Shown here: in pieces, positions 40,857 through 55,509 of the stretch
Position numbering within the stretch: the stretch's first letter is position 1
Layout: every line of letters begins with the position of its first letter
Assembly: GCF_009914755.1 (NCBI RefSeq)
Contig: NC_060936.1
Source: the human T2T-CHM13v2.0 reference genome, Homo sapiens
Direction: 5' to 3' (one strand)
Length of the DNA stretch: 64,000 nt
Notes under the pieces: model-generated
Seen by the model: the letters and a program-made list of their open reading frames with translations, nothing else
What the model was told of the DNA's origin: nothing
Database searches by the model: none
Made by a program: the position numbers and the translations under genes

Positions 40857-41389
40857 CACAGAAATAATTTCTACAACACAACTAAAGATATAGATGCTGA
40901 AGGCATTGACACAACACCTAATAATATACAATGAACGTGAACAACACATACATAAATTGTTTGATAAATAATTTAAGTAAAGCATTGAGAATCTATGTGT
41001 TTTCCTTGCCTCTTATCACCATTCCTTCATTCACCAAACATTTTTAGCATCATACAGTGTATGAATCTTATAATATATCAGTGGTCATAGAGATCTGTCA
41101 CTATTAGTTACCACTAATTAAGTTGTTTGAAACATCTTAGTCTCTTCAAATTTTTAGGTCAGCCTATTGGCTTAATTTGTATAGTTAATTTAACTAAGCT
41201 GGGAAAATGAAGAATCTAGGGCTGCATTATAATGTTAATAGAATTAGCATCTATATCTAAGGTGGTCAAGTTGAATTAGGCACTGAGAACAAACAGCAAT
41301 GGAGTCACATGATTTGGATTTCAAGTTGATATAGCTTTTTATACTAAGATGTTTGCTAAAAACTAAGCATTTGAGATAACTATTTCTTC

Positions 41390-41732
<343 letters not shown>

Positions 41733-43599
41733 TAGGGAAATACCTGAGGTTCATTGTCTCATGCCAAGGAAATTGAAGATATGAACACACAAGAAATGAG
41801 TTTAAGAGCGGTTGTTTAATAGATGAAAGAAAGAGAAAAGAGAATAGCTTTCACTCCTGCAGAGAGAGAGGAGCTCCTTAGTAGGACTTCCAGTCCACAG
41901 TGAGGTGCATGGAGTTTTACAGACTGGCTTGAGAAGGCAGTGTCTAACTTACATAGGGATTAGTGGATTTGTTGGACCAGGTGTGCTATTTAGATAGTGC
42001 ATGAAGAGGCTGGCCATACCACCCTAATCTTTTATTATGCAAATGCGGTCTTTACCTGGCTGGTATCATGTTCCCTGCACATGTGGCAACAAATAAAAGG
42101 GAAGAGGGGACCTCCATGTTGAATATACCTGGCTTCCAGGTATTCCTTTTCTATTGGCACCATTGCCAACATTCATCTGTGAAAGCTTCCAGCTTGCTTA
42201 TCTATGTTTGCAGCTTGATTTTTTAGGTTGCTTTTTGTTAGAAAATAAATGACTTTGGGGCTGCTTTCATTAAAAGTGAAACCTTACAGAAGACTTTCTT
42301 ACCCTCACTATCTGCCTAATCAATTTCTTTTTAACTCCTATATCATTCCCCCCATCAGGAGTGGTAACTCTAACTGCTATTAGAGGTGTTGGATGCTACT
42401 GGCTCTTTCTGGCTACATCCCACTGAAAAGGGGTGTTGTGTGGGAAACAGTGGCTAGGGCTCCTTCTGGGATCTATCTAAGAGTCCTTGGAAGAAATGCA
42501 TGTCTATCCATGGTTCTTTCTGCAGCACCATTTGGAGTTTGATTGTTTCTATGCAACAAGAGAGAAATTTTAGTTTAAATATAAGTATTAAGATTACCAC
42601 TATTAGTGTGGGTACTATAGGCCACAACCATGGCAGTAGAGTTTGATACCTGTCAGCCATTCCGATGGGCTGTAATACTGGTTTGCCTCCACCAGATGTT
42701 GCTGTACTTTACCAGAAGTGTTGATATAAAAGTAATATTTTTCTTTGAGAAAAACATATAATCCCCCCTTGACTTGCCATTAGGGAATAATTTCAGGTAT
42801 AGGCCATCTTTTATAACTTGCAATATATTGGGAGAAATACGTTATTTGGTTGCTAGAGTAACTGTAGTGTTAACCTTGGCTAAATCTCTCCTGCAATTAT
42901 TAATAATTCCACAACTTCCACATACCATCTATGACATGCTTAAACTTTCTGACTTGTCCTAAATATCCCTCTTTTTAAACAACTAATTATCTTTTTAGGA
43001 CAGGTGTTTACCATACAGGATCCTTTTTTATATAAAATCTCTTCTCTTTATAACCTTCTTTGCATAGCTAGGGTGTGACATATTACCAAACCCAATAAAA
43101 AGCTCTAGCAGACTCAGTGATAGTAAAACTTTCATGCTCTTTTTTGTTGGTGACCATTACCCCTGCTAAAAGGATAATAATTAAGCAAAATACTACAGTA
43201 ATGGAAACTCTCTGTCTGGTATTCCAGTTAGAAGGTGTTATTATGTATAACCCTAATGCAAATAGTAGAGTGTGTATAGCAATTCCTGCAAGTGTGGTGT
43301 AGTAGAAAATTTCCACCTAAAATTTTACTTGCCAAGATATAACATTTCCCCTTGGGGGTCTAAAAGTTACAAATGCAATCCCATGAATAATTAAAATCTC
43401 CCTGCATATATGCGTCAAAAAGAAGCTCTAATATCTGGTGACAAATCTCGAGAGAAAAGGTAGAAATAACTGAAAGTATCTGGTAAGGCAGAAGTGGGAC
43501 TGAGTAGGATAAGTACCCCTTATTAACTTACTTATCTTTTATGATTTTCAGCTTAAGATCTCCTACTTCTTCACTTCCTCTGGGCTGTCAGGGGTTGCT

Positions 43600-45490
43600 C
43601 TCTCAGCTTTCCAGGCTTTGAGTAAGATGTGATGTATTCAGGAGTTGATACCTAAACTTTTACTGCTGAGGGGATTAAAAGGTAAATGGCATAAGGCCCA
43701 TCCTAGCTTGGGTTTAGGGAGAGAGAGATAGAAGGGAGAGCTTTTTCCAATATCAAACATCCTGGGTTAAATAAATGCCATCCTATTTCTTGGGGTTTGG
43801 CTTTTGCTAGTTGAGTAAATTCCTTTCAAAGTGACCAAAGAGGTCATATGCTTAACCAATTCAGAAGTATCTTGGTCTAAAAAAAAATCATTGGTAAAGA
43901 AAGGCCATCCATACAGCATCTCAAAAGGGCTCAGACCTAATTTTAAAGGGGTATTTCTAACATGAAGTAAGGGCATGGAAAGAAGAGTGAATGAAGGAAG
44001 GTGAGTTTCTTGGGACAATTTTCTGAGGTGTCTTTTGATAATATCATTGGTCTTCTCTACCTTTCCTGAGGACTGGGGTCTCCAATCACAATGGAGATGA
44101 TATTGTATGCCTAGTGCATTTGAGACCCTTTTTGTGACTGCTGGCTTAAACAAGGGGCAATTGTCACTTCGGAGGTACATAGGTAGATCAAAACGGGAAG
44201 TAATTTACTAATTAACACTTTTATTACCTAAGAGGCCTTTTCTGTATGGCATGGAAATGCTTCTACCCAGTTATTGAAAGTATGTACCCATTCCGGAAGG
44301 CATAGGATGCCCTTTGTGTTTGGCATTTGAGTGAAGTCTATCTCCCAGTCCTCCCCTAAATAGCTTTCTATCCTTTGGGTTTGAGGAAGAAGGAGCCATC
44401 TCTTGAGGGGATTATTATTAAGACAGACTTCACAAGCATTAACAACCTGTTTGACTGTTCTTAATAAGTTCTCTCCTGAAAACAATCTCTGGGCACACTG
44501 ATAAGCTTCATCCTTTCCCAAGTAAAAAGCTTGGTGAAGGATTTTAAGGACTTTCTGTTGGCTGGAAACTGGCAAGTGGAATTTGCCATTCTCTGACTGT
44601 AGCCATCCTGAGGGCTTTAAATTGTACCCTGGAAGAAGTAGCCTGTTCTATTTCTGTAAGGGAGTGCTGAGGCTTAATTTCTCTTATGAAGCCTTCCCAG
44701 ATTAGAGGGGCTTCAAGTGTTTTGATGCCCTGAGGCTTCTTTGCTACTGACTTGGCTGCCTGATAAGCTAACTTGTTTCCTTTGGCTATTTCATCTGTTT
44801 CCTTCTGATGTTCCTTACAGTGCATCAGTACTACCTTTCATGGAGGGAAATCTGATGACAATAACCTGTTAATTTCCTGATGGTATTTTATAGGGGATCC
44901 ATTAATGGTAAGAAGATGTCTTTTCTTCCAAATGGCAGCATGAGCATGGAGAACTAAGAAAGCATACTTGGAGTCAGTGTAAATGTTAGCTACCATTTCC
45001 TTACTTAATTCAAGTGCTCTTGTAAGAGCTATCAGTTCAGCTAATTGAGCACTTGTGCCTGGAGAGAGACACACACTTTCAATGATGTTATTTAGAGTGA
45101 CTACTGCATATTTTGCCTTATGAACTGCCTGATTTACGAGAGAGCTCTCATCTGTGAAGAGAGTCCAGTCTGGATTTTCTAGGGGAGTTTCCTTGATATC
45201 AGCTCTGGCTGCATAGGTTTGCATTACAGCTTGTTCACAACCATGGTCAGGTTCCCTCGTTTCCTCAGGGAGAAAAGTGGATGGGTTTAGGTGAGAACAA
45301 GTTTTGAACTGGATGATGGAACCCTCTAACAGCAGAGCCTAATATTTAAGGAGCTGGCTGTCTGTTAGAGAAAGGCTCCCCTTGGAGGACAGTAATCCTG
45401 CCACATTATATGGGGTTTAAACAAGTTATTTCCCAAGGTTAATTTGGCAGTTTCTGGGACCAGTAGGGCCACTGTGGTGATGGCTTGGAA
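43600..45490 (-). pseudogene. pol remnant: connection domain, RNase H and integrase
   Basis: RNase H: LFTDESS, SAQLAELIALTRAL, IYTDSKYAF. Integrase: WEIDFTQMP, LRSDN, WRPQSSGKVEKTN, LSPFEMLYG. Confidence 0.9.
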
Positions 45491-45699
45491 GCATGTGTAA
45501 ATAGTAGGTTCCCCCAACTGCAGCTAAGGAGTTGAGAAAAATATTAGAGTTTTTCCTGAGACACCCTTCACAGTCGTGCTACAGGAAGAGCGGAAGCCTG
45601 GATTAGAGAAAAGAATGGAGAGACTGGCTCTAGTGTCTAGAAGGGGATTTACTTTACTTCCTTCAATTTATAGAATCACCCAAGGGTCCTGTGCTGTGA

Positions 45700-46949
45700 T
45701 GGCAGTTTGAGCCACTGGAGTCAGGGGTTTGAGCCCTGGGACCTGTTAGTCTGTTGGTCCAGTTGGACCATCTGGAGACTTGTTCTGAACCTGGTAACCT
45801 TCATCTCTGGGAGAAGTTGGATCTCCAGTGTTCCCCACCACGGGCTAGACAGGGTTGATGTGGCTTTTTTCTTATTTGCTGCTTGGGCACTCCTTTTTAA
45901 AGTGCCCTGACTTGCCACATCAATAGCAACTAGTGGATGCACCTTGGGGATCCTGGACTTTTCAAGCCTGCAAAGCAGCTACTAGAACCTCTGTCCTTCT
46001 CTTGTGTTTTCTCTCTTTATCCTGGGCCTCTTCCTGATCCCTGTTATGAAAGACCAAAGTGGCCACCCTCAGGAGGTTCTCCAAGGTGCTATCTGTTCCT
46101 ATAGCCTGCTTTGGCAGTTTTCTTCTAATATCAGCAACTGCCTGTGTAAAAAACTTGTCCTTTAAGATGAGCTGTCTCTAAACTGAATCAGGGGATAAGG
46201 AGGTGTGTTTTATTAGTGTCTCACTCAGCCTTTCCATAAAAGCTGTGGGATTCTCATCCGGCTTTTGGTCTATTATGGACGGTTTAGAGGTTTGGTCCTA
46301 ATTTTTTGTGGGCCCTCCAATATGCACATTAAACAAGTGTTTCCTTTTCCATTCATTTGCGGAGCTATTGAAGTTCCATCAAGGTTGTCAAAAGGAACTG
46401 CTTTCTTTCCTATCAGGAATAGTATTTCCATTCCTTCTTCACCTGCCCTATCTCCTTTTTTCCTTTTCAGTCTACTATAGAAGACATGTTGCTTGTCTCT
46501 GCATTTCTCTCCTGCCTACAGAGCTGCTTGTTTTTCAGCTTAGGTGAGGGTTTGGTTTAGGAGCAGAATAACATCCCTCCATGTGAGGTTAAACACCTGC
46601 ATTAAATTTTAGAAAGCTTCTATATACCTAGCGGGGTCTCCCTTTCTTTACATAAATTCTATAATGAGAAGGGAACTTGAGGGGGCCCCAACTAAGGGGG
46701 ATCCTCAGATGGTTCCCCTGGAAGTTACTTCACTACTTTTGGGGAATCATTCTCTATAGGCCTGCCTTATATGACTGCTAAAAAAGCTGGGTTGATTTTG
46801 TAATGCTTGCAAAGATCTAGTAAGAATGCCATCCCCTTGTGCAAAAGAAAATGAGCCACCTTTTTCTTCAAAGTCTTGGGGTAAAAGGAAGCCCCATGCT
46901 TCAGAATGCACTCCAGAGGAATGCAGGCCAAAGATGGTCTATTACCCAT
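45700..46949 (-). pseudogene. gag remnant (gammaretrovirus-like, HERV9/W-related)
   Basis: MGNRPSLACIPLECILKH at the N-terminus. Capsid MHR-like QKPDENPTAFMERL and ILKDKFFTQAVADIRRKL. Confidence 0.8.
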
Positions 46950-48541
46950 CTATAAACAGAAGTGAAAAAAAAAAGCATCTTTTTAGTCTCCTTCCTTTGG
47001 TTGTAACCCAGGGTGGAGGGGAAGACAGTGGAGATGTCCCTCAAACTATTTTCCCTCTTTAGTTCCCTGAGGTCCTGATACCTGTTAAATATGCCACACA
47101 TGGTTTTGGGTGTGAACCCCCCACCAGCTATGGAACTGGAAGAACTAAGTAATGTGTTTAGTCACACATACCCATGCAGCCCTAGTTCTCCACTTGTGAT
47201 TCCCCTTTGACTTCCTTGACTTTGCTTGGTTCTGTCCAGAAGCCTTCAGATAGCACCAGGGGATAGCACTGACCAGAAATCCTAAGTTACTTCAGAATCT
47301 CTTCTAGCCCCATGCAACAGCTGCGTCCTCTGTGAAAGGAAACCAGTTTGAAGCATGGCCAACATGCCCAGTAACCATGTGTACTGGGGGATTCTCTGTA
47401 TTCTCCCTAGCCAGACGTTCCCTTGAGTTTTGTAAGGCTGGCAGCCAGGCTAATCATTTTTTAAATGGTTGACAGAAGCACAGCATTTGGTTTGATTTGA
47501 TTTTAAAATGGAGGCCGAGAGCCTCAAAATGAAAGGACAGAGTTGAGGTCTGCTCCTATACTGACCGTTCTGATGAATTTACCTTCCAATCCTGAGCAAG
47601 ACCCCACAATGAAGCAGTGTTGTTTGTCTGGGGAAACACCCAAGGTTCATTGTCTCACACCAAGAAAACTGAAGACATGGACACACAAGAAATGAGTTTA
47701 AGAGTGGAGGTTTAATAGGTGAAAGAAAGAGAAAAGAAAATATCTTTCTCTCTTGCAGAGAGAGAGGGGTGTTCAAGTGGGACTTTTCATCCATGGCAGA
47801 GTGCAAGGGGATTTATAGACTGGCTTGAGGAGGCAGTGTCTGATTTACTCAGGGTGCAGTGGATTGGTTGGACCAGGTGTGCCATTTACTTAGTGAATGA
47901 AGAGGCCGTCCATCCCACCGTCATCTTTATGCAATTGCAGTCTTTATCTGGCTCGATGTTGTCTGCATACGTGGAGACAAAGAAAAGGAAAGAGGAAACC
48001 TCCATGTTGAATATACCTGGCTTTAAGGTATCCCTTTCCTATTGGCATTACTGCTGGTATTCGCCTATGCAAGCTTCCAGCTTGCTTATCTATGCCTGCA
48101 GCTAGATGTTTTAGGTTGCTTTTTGATAGAAAAGAAATGACTTTGGAGCTGCTTTCATTAAAAGGAAAACCTTACTGAGGACTTCCTTACCCTCACTATC
48201 TGCCTAAATAATTTCTTTTTATCTCCTATATCAACGAAATAGGGATATTCTCAACAGTGTATTTTTGTATTTTGTTAAGATTATCAAGTTCCATTGGGAA
48301 TGCCTTTTCCTTGGGGATTTAGAATAACAAATAAGAATCTTGTGGAAAAAATTCTATCATATAGAATATTGTTGTGGCAGTAAATGAAACCTTATAATTT
48401 AGTATTAATATTAATGCTCAAGGTTTTAATATACTTGGACTATAAAGTAACACTCTAGAAACAAACATTCAGGTGGTGTTGTCTCCTAATGTACTTTGTG
48501 CCTTGGTCAGTCTTGACTCAAAAATATGGGCTGAAAATGTT

Positions 48542-49026
48542 TGTATTTGTTTTCATGGGTTGCTGTTAAAAAAAAAAAAGCATCACAGAATAGGTGGAAT
48601 ATACAATAGAAATTGATTCGCTCAGAGTTCTAGAATCTAGAAGTTCCAGATGTGAAAGTATTAGCATGGTTGCTTCTTTCTTAATGCTGTGAGAAAACAA
48701 ACAAACAAACAAAATTTTTTCCATGCCTCTTTTCTACCTTCTGGTGGTTTGCTGGCAATCACAGAGCCCCTTGGCTTGCAGAAGTATCATCTAGTCTGTG
48801 CCTTCTTTTTCACATAGTGTTCTTCATGTATGTGTGTTTTCAATTGTTTTCTTTTTATAAGGGCACCTGTCATATTGGATTAGAGGCTCACCCTGCTCCA
48901 ATATGACCATATATTTTCTAAGTACAACTGCATTGACCCTATTTTCAAATAAGCTCATATTGTGTAATATTGAGGATTAGAACTTCAGCATATGAAATCT
49001 GGGGGAATACAATTTATCCCATGATA
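48542..49026 (-). mobile_element. MLT1C-like MaLR LTR
   Basis: ttctggtggtttgctggcaatc...ccttggcttgcagaag...gtcatattggattag...gaccctattttcaaataag. Confidence 0.8.
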
Positions 49027-50419
49027 GGATGCACAATAATTATGATGGAGTTTCAAGTCAATAATACTGATTTAGTTCTCCTGATAGGAAAGATTCAGTT
49101 CTATGGGAGAGATTCTGGTCTATCTTTTGCTATCAAGTAAATATTGAGTGTGTCCTTTTTGTTCTCCAATGTGTATTTATACTAATGTTAAATATAACAC
49201 TATAGAAATATTTTTAAATTTCTATTTATTATCAATTATTAAAAACTCCTTAAATAACAGTCAATCCAGGATATCTGAAACTATTCCAAAAGTTAATATG
49301 TCATTCTTTCACATATAACTTACTACTGCAGGTAGAATAAAAATCTGAGTTTTATGATATAATCACAGGTAATGACTTATAAGCTAGAGAAAATTAGTTA
49401 GATTATACATATATTTTTTACCAGCAAAAATTTAATAAAAGCCATTTTCCTAGTGTTATTTATATACTATGATGATTGAAAGCATTATTGTATGTGTAAG
49501 CTTTAACCTGTATTTCCAGTACTTTAAAAGTCCCTTCATATAAAATGTTTTAAACTGTTTTATTGTTTCAACACTAGTAGTAGCACCTCAGTTTAAAAAA
49601 AAATCTTGTATTTTATGAATTTAAAACTACAGAATTTTAGTCTTTAAATTAACTTTCAAGTAAGTGCCATATAAACTCAAAGTGGTCATCACAGATTGTA
49701 ATTATTATACTCTACACGTGTTATATTGTAATTTGTGTAACATTTAGCTGTGAAAATAGACCAACACTTTTTTTGTGTGTCAATGATCTAATAGTATGTT
49801 TTCTCAATATTTAAAGAGGTGATGATCACATGAATATAAATTAATTAACCTTGTCAAATCTTTTACACCATATAATTTGATGGCATTAAAGAAAAACACA
49901 TTTTTTTAAAAAAAACAATATTGGTTTCTTTCCTATACTAAATTAAAATCTGGCACATACCTTACATAACAATGGTACTTCCTTCAAAACTAAGAAATTA
50001 ATATTAGCATGATAGTATTAATACAGACTTTATTCAGGTTTCAACATTTTCCACCAATGTTCTTTATCTGTTGTTCCAGGAGGCATTTTGAAAACTATGT
50101 CTTCACTTGTTTTTGCATCTTCTCCAAATTGTAATAGTTTTTCAGTCTTTGCTTGTATTCCATAACACTTTTAAAGATTAATGTTAAAAAATGTTGTAGA
50201 ATTCCCCTCAATTTAGGTTTGTCTAATATTTCCACATGATTGGAATAAGTTTACTGATTTTAGGGGGAAATAGCACAGAAGAAAAGTTCTTTTGTTATCA
50301 CATCATATCGGGGGTACATGATATCAGCATGAGTTATTCATAACCTTAAAGTTGATCACTTGATTAAGGTAGAGTGCCAGTTTACTTCAATGAAAAGTTA
50401 GTGTTTTATTTTTCATGCT

Positions 50420-51301
<882 letters not shown>

Positions 51302-52393
51302 TTATTCTTTGCAAATGAGTTATTAAATCCAGCCTATATTCAAAAGGACAGAAATTAAGCTTTAACTCTTAGAGAAAAGAGTATCAAAGGTTTTATGGAC
51401 ATGTATTAAAACAGCCACAGTAAACATGCTAACCTGTTTATAAATACATGGCTATGCACTTTCTTTATCTATCTATAGCCAAACATGGGTTTATACTGAT
51501 ATCTCTAAATTAACATTATACCATACACTCTGGCATTTATTCTTGCTTATTTATAACTTCTTGATCTGACAATTAGATATCTGGTTCTAATCATATGCAA
51601 TCTTTTTATCATTTATTTAACCCTAACATATAGGTAAGCTATTTTTAAAATTGCTAAATGACACCCCTGTGAGAAAGAAATTTACCACTAGAGTATACCA
51701 ATTGTCTTTAACCTTATATTATCTATGAAAATACTGTTGCACAGTGATTCTTTGATCACTTTCATCAGTTTTTGTACTTTTAAGCGTATATATTCTGCAT
51801 ATTTTATAAGATTATACAAAGTATTTCATTTTAAATGTTTCTATTGTTGATTGATTTTTAAGCTTAAATTCCATTTGTTCATCGCTATATAAAATTAAGA
51901 CTGACATTGTATATTACCTTGTATACTATAAACTTTGCTAAGCTCAACTTTTAGTTAAAGGACTTTTTACATATTATATTGGATATTGATTTATAAATTG
52001 TCTATGGTTGTTTTTATGCTACAAAGTCAGAAATTAATAATTTTACAGAGTTTGTGTGGACCTCATAGCCCAATATGCTATATAGCCTTTTATGTAGTTT
52101 TAAAATACTTACTCTACAGGTTTTTAAATTTTTTCCTGTGATATTTTTGTTAGTTTTAGCATTCAGGTAATGTTGAACTCATAAAATCAGCTGGTAAATG
52201 TTTTCTTCTTTTCTTTTATTTGGAAGTGATTATATCAAATTCGTATCATTTCTTCTCTAAATGCTTCACAGAATTCACTGGTTAAACCATATGTACCTGG
52301 AGTATTCTTTTTTGTAGGAGTTTCAGTTACAAAATTCAATTTATTTTACATGCACTAGGCTATTTTGGTTATTTGTTTCTTCCTGAGTTAGGC

Positions 52394-52724
52394 TTTTTTT
52401 TTTTTTTTTTAATTAGGGTTTTGTTTTTTTGTTTTGTTTTATTTTGTTTTGAGATTCTGTACTCCAGGCTGGTGTGGTGCAGTGGTGTGATCTCAGCTCA
52501 CTGCAACCTCTGCCTCCAGAGTTCAAGTGATTCTCCTGCCTCAGCCTCCCGAGTAGCTAGGATTACACATGCGCACCACCACGCACAGCTAATTTTTGTA
52601 TTTTTAGTAGAGACAGGTTTTGCTATGTTTGCCAAGCTGGTCTCAAACTCCTGACCTCAAGTGATCTGCTTGCCTTGGCATCCCAAAGTGCCAGAATTAT
52701 AGGCATGAGCCACCACGCCCAGGC
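52394..52724 (-). mobile_element. AluS
   Basis: Antisense Alu with a long T/(GTTTT)n tail. Confidence 0.93.
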
Positions 52725-53714
52725 TTGAGATAGTTTTTAAGTAATGTCTTCCAAGGAATTGGAGCATTTTATCTAAACTTGTAGAGTTGGTTATCATATA
52801 TTTTTTATTTTCCTTTTAATGTATTTAGGGTATATAACAATATTCCATGTTCATTCCAACATTGGCCATATCTGTCATTTTCTTTACTTTTTGTTTTGTT
52901 TTGTTTTCTTGGTTAGATTAGCTATGGTTATATCAGAAACTAAGGTAACTAATTTTATTTCCTGTTTTTCTAATATAAGCGCTTGATGGTATGAATTTTC
53001 CTTTAAGTTTGTTAGCTACATTTGACAATTTTGCAATGTTTTATTTTCATTTTTGCTTAGTAAAAATATTTCTAAAATATCTCTTCAGTCTTCCTTATTT
53101 ATTTGAGTTTATTTCTGTTCTTTTAAATTTGTTAAGATTTTTTTAATGGCACATTTTAGTGACTGTCCATGTGTCCTGGTGGAAATATGTATTCTCATGT
53201 TTTTGAGTTGAGTTTTCTGTAACTTTCAATTAGATCAAGTTGGTCAATAGTGTTTATCAGGTCACCTATAGTCTTACTAATTTTTTCCCGCTTGTTCTTT
53301 CAATTATTGAGAGATGATTGTTGAATATAACAACTATAACTGTAAATGTGTTTATTTCTCCTTTTAGAGCTATCAGTTTTTGCCTCATTTATTTTGTAAC
53401 TCTATTGTTAGGTGCATATACATCTATGATTGTTATGTCTGCATAAAGAGTTTATCCCTTTACCATGATATAATGTTTTTCTGATTTTCCCCCTTATTTT
53501 AAAGTCTACTCTGTCTGAAATTTATATACTTTTTCTGTTTTTGTTCTGTTTAGGGTCCGTATGACATGTGTTTCTCATCCTTTTAATTTATGTATGACTT
53601 TATAGTTAAAACATGTTATTTGGAAAAAGTAAATAGTTGCAAGAGGTTTCCTCCAGTGTTCTAAGGTGGCAGACTTTGTTGTCCTTGCCTCTGCAGATTA
53701 AGACTTTAATTCCA

Positions 53715-54018
<304 letters not shown>

Positions 54019-54393
54019 TTAATTCCACAAATAAGAGAAATGGCAAGGGGGAGAGTCTTGGCAGAATATCAGCAGTAGCTTTTTTCCCCCTCCCTGAGCC
54101 AGTACTACAAGAGCAGGTTTCCCAGTATTCTTCCTGATCTTTCCTATTGCTGCCTGTAAAGTTTGTGGAGGAAAAAAAACTCTGCAAGAGGTTACAAATT
54201 TCCCTATGCCTCTGGCCTTTAGGGGCTTGAAATTCGCACACTATACACATTCAGCTTACCAAAATATAGCTGAATGTTTATTATCAGCATGTACGATTTC
54301 CAATAGCATCTACCCTGGTGAACTAATACATGGATACTGTTGCTGTCTGCAGGCATCTAGCACTCCGAAGATTCCATGTTGGTTATTTGTCCT

Positions 54394-54777
54394 GTTTATT
54401 AGTTTTTCATGGGTTCTATAACAAATTACCAAAAACTTAGAGACTTAAGCAACACAAATCTATTATCTTACATTTCTATATGTCAGAAGCCTGGCATGAA
54501 TCTTTCTGGGTCAACATAAAGGTACTATTAGGGCTCTTCCATTCTGTAGGTTCTAGGTAGGATATTTTTTTTCTTTATCAGGTTCTAGAGAAGACTCGCA
54601 TTCTTTCACTCATGGCTCCTGTTCTTCACCTTCAAAGTTAGCAAAAGTGAACTGAGTCCTCATATCACATCACTCTTCTGCCTGAATCCCACTTTTTCAT
54701 GTAATGTATAACGTATTCACAGGTTCTGGGATTAGGGCATATGCATCTTTGGAGAGACCATTATTCTACCTACCACA
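54394..54777 (-). mobile_element. MLT1D-like MaLR LTR (internally deleted)
   Basis: ataacaaattacc...aacacaaatctattatcttaca...tattcacaggttctgggattagg...ccattattctacctaccaca. Confidence 0.78.
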
Positions 54778-55118
54778 GTTTGTCTTCCAGTTCGCAAAAA
54801 GTTATGTCTGTCCTACATGAATGCTCCTTTTTCATGGTCTCAAATTTTCTCAACCCATTACCCTCTGTGAACTCAGGTCTCCAATGGGTTCAAGAAAAAA
54901 TATCATTGTGTATTTCCAGCTTTTTTGTTTAAGCAAGAATTAGAGTGATGCTCTTTCCAGGTTTCTACACATCTCTAATAAAACTTGAACCTTCAAACCA
55001 CATTTTGTGTAGTAATAAGACATGAAATAAGATATAATAAGAACTAACAAGGAATAATGTATGAACAATCAATTGGCTTAAAATACTGGTGAATAATGGT
55101 AAATAATGAAATGACTAT

Positions 55119-55509
55119 TGTTATGATTTTGCTCTGTATTTCCACTCAAATCTCATGTTGAATTATAATCCCCAGTGTTGAAGCTAGGGCCTAGTGGGAG
55201 GTGATTGGATTATGGGGGTGGTTTCTAATGGTTTAGCACTATTCCCCTAGTGCTGCCTCATGACAGAATTCTCACGAGATCTGGTCGTTTAAAAGTGTGT
55301 AGCACCTCCCCCCTTCACTGTCTTCCTCCTGCTCTGTTCATGTGAAGATGTGCCTCCTTCCTTTTTGCCTTCTGCCATTATTGTAAGTTTCCTGAGGTCT
55401 CCCCAGGCTTCCTGTACAGACTGTGGAACTGTGAGCCAATTAAACTTTTCTCTATAAATTACCCAGTATTGGGTAGTTCTTTATAGCATTGTGAGAATAG
55501 ACAAATACA
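55119..55509 (+). mobile_element. MSTA-like MaLR solo LTR
   Basis: caaatctcatgttgaattataatccccagtgttg...aagtttcctgagg...aataca. 5-bp TSD actat/actac. Confidence 0.9.

Noticed and set aside
51990-52115. Possible MER58-like fragment (and a MIR-like fragment near 28005-28080)
   Set aside because: Too diverged to call confidently by eye.
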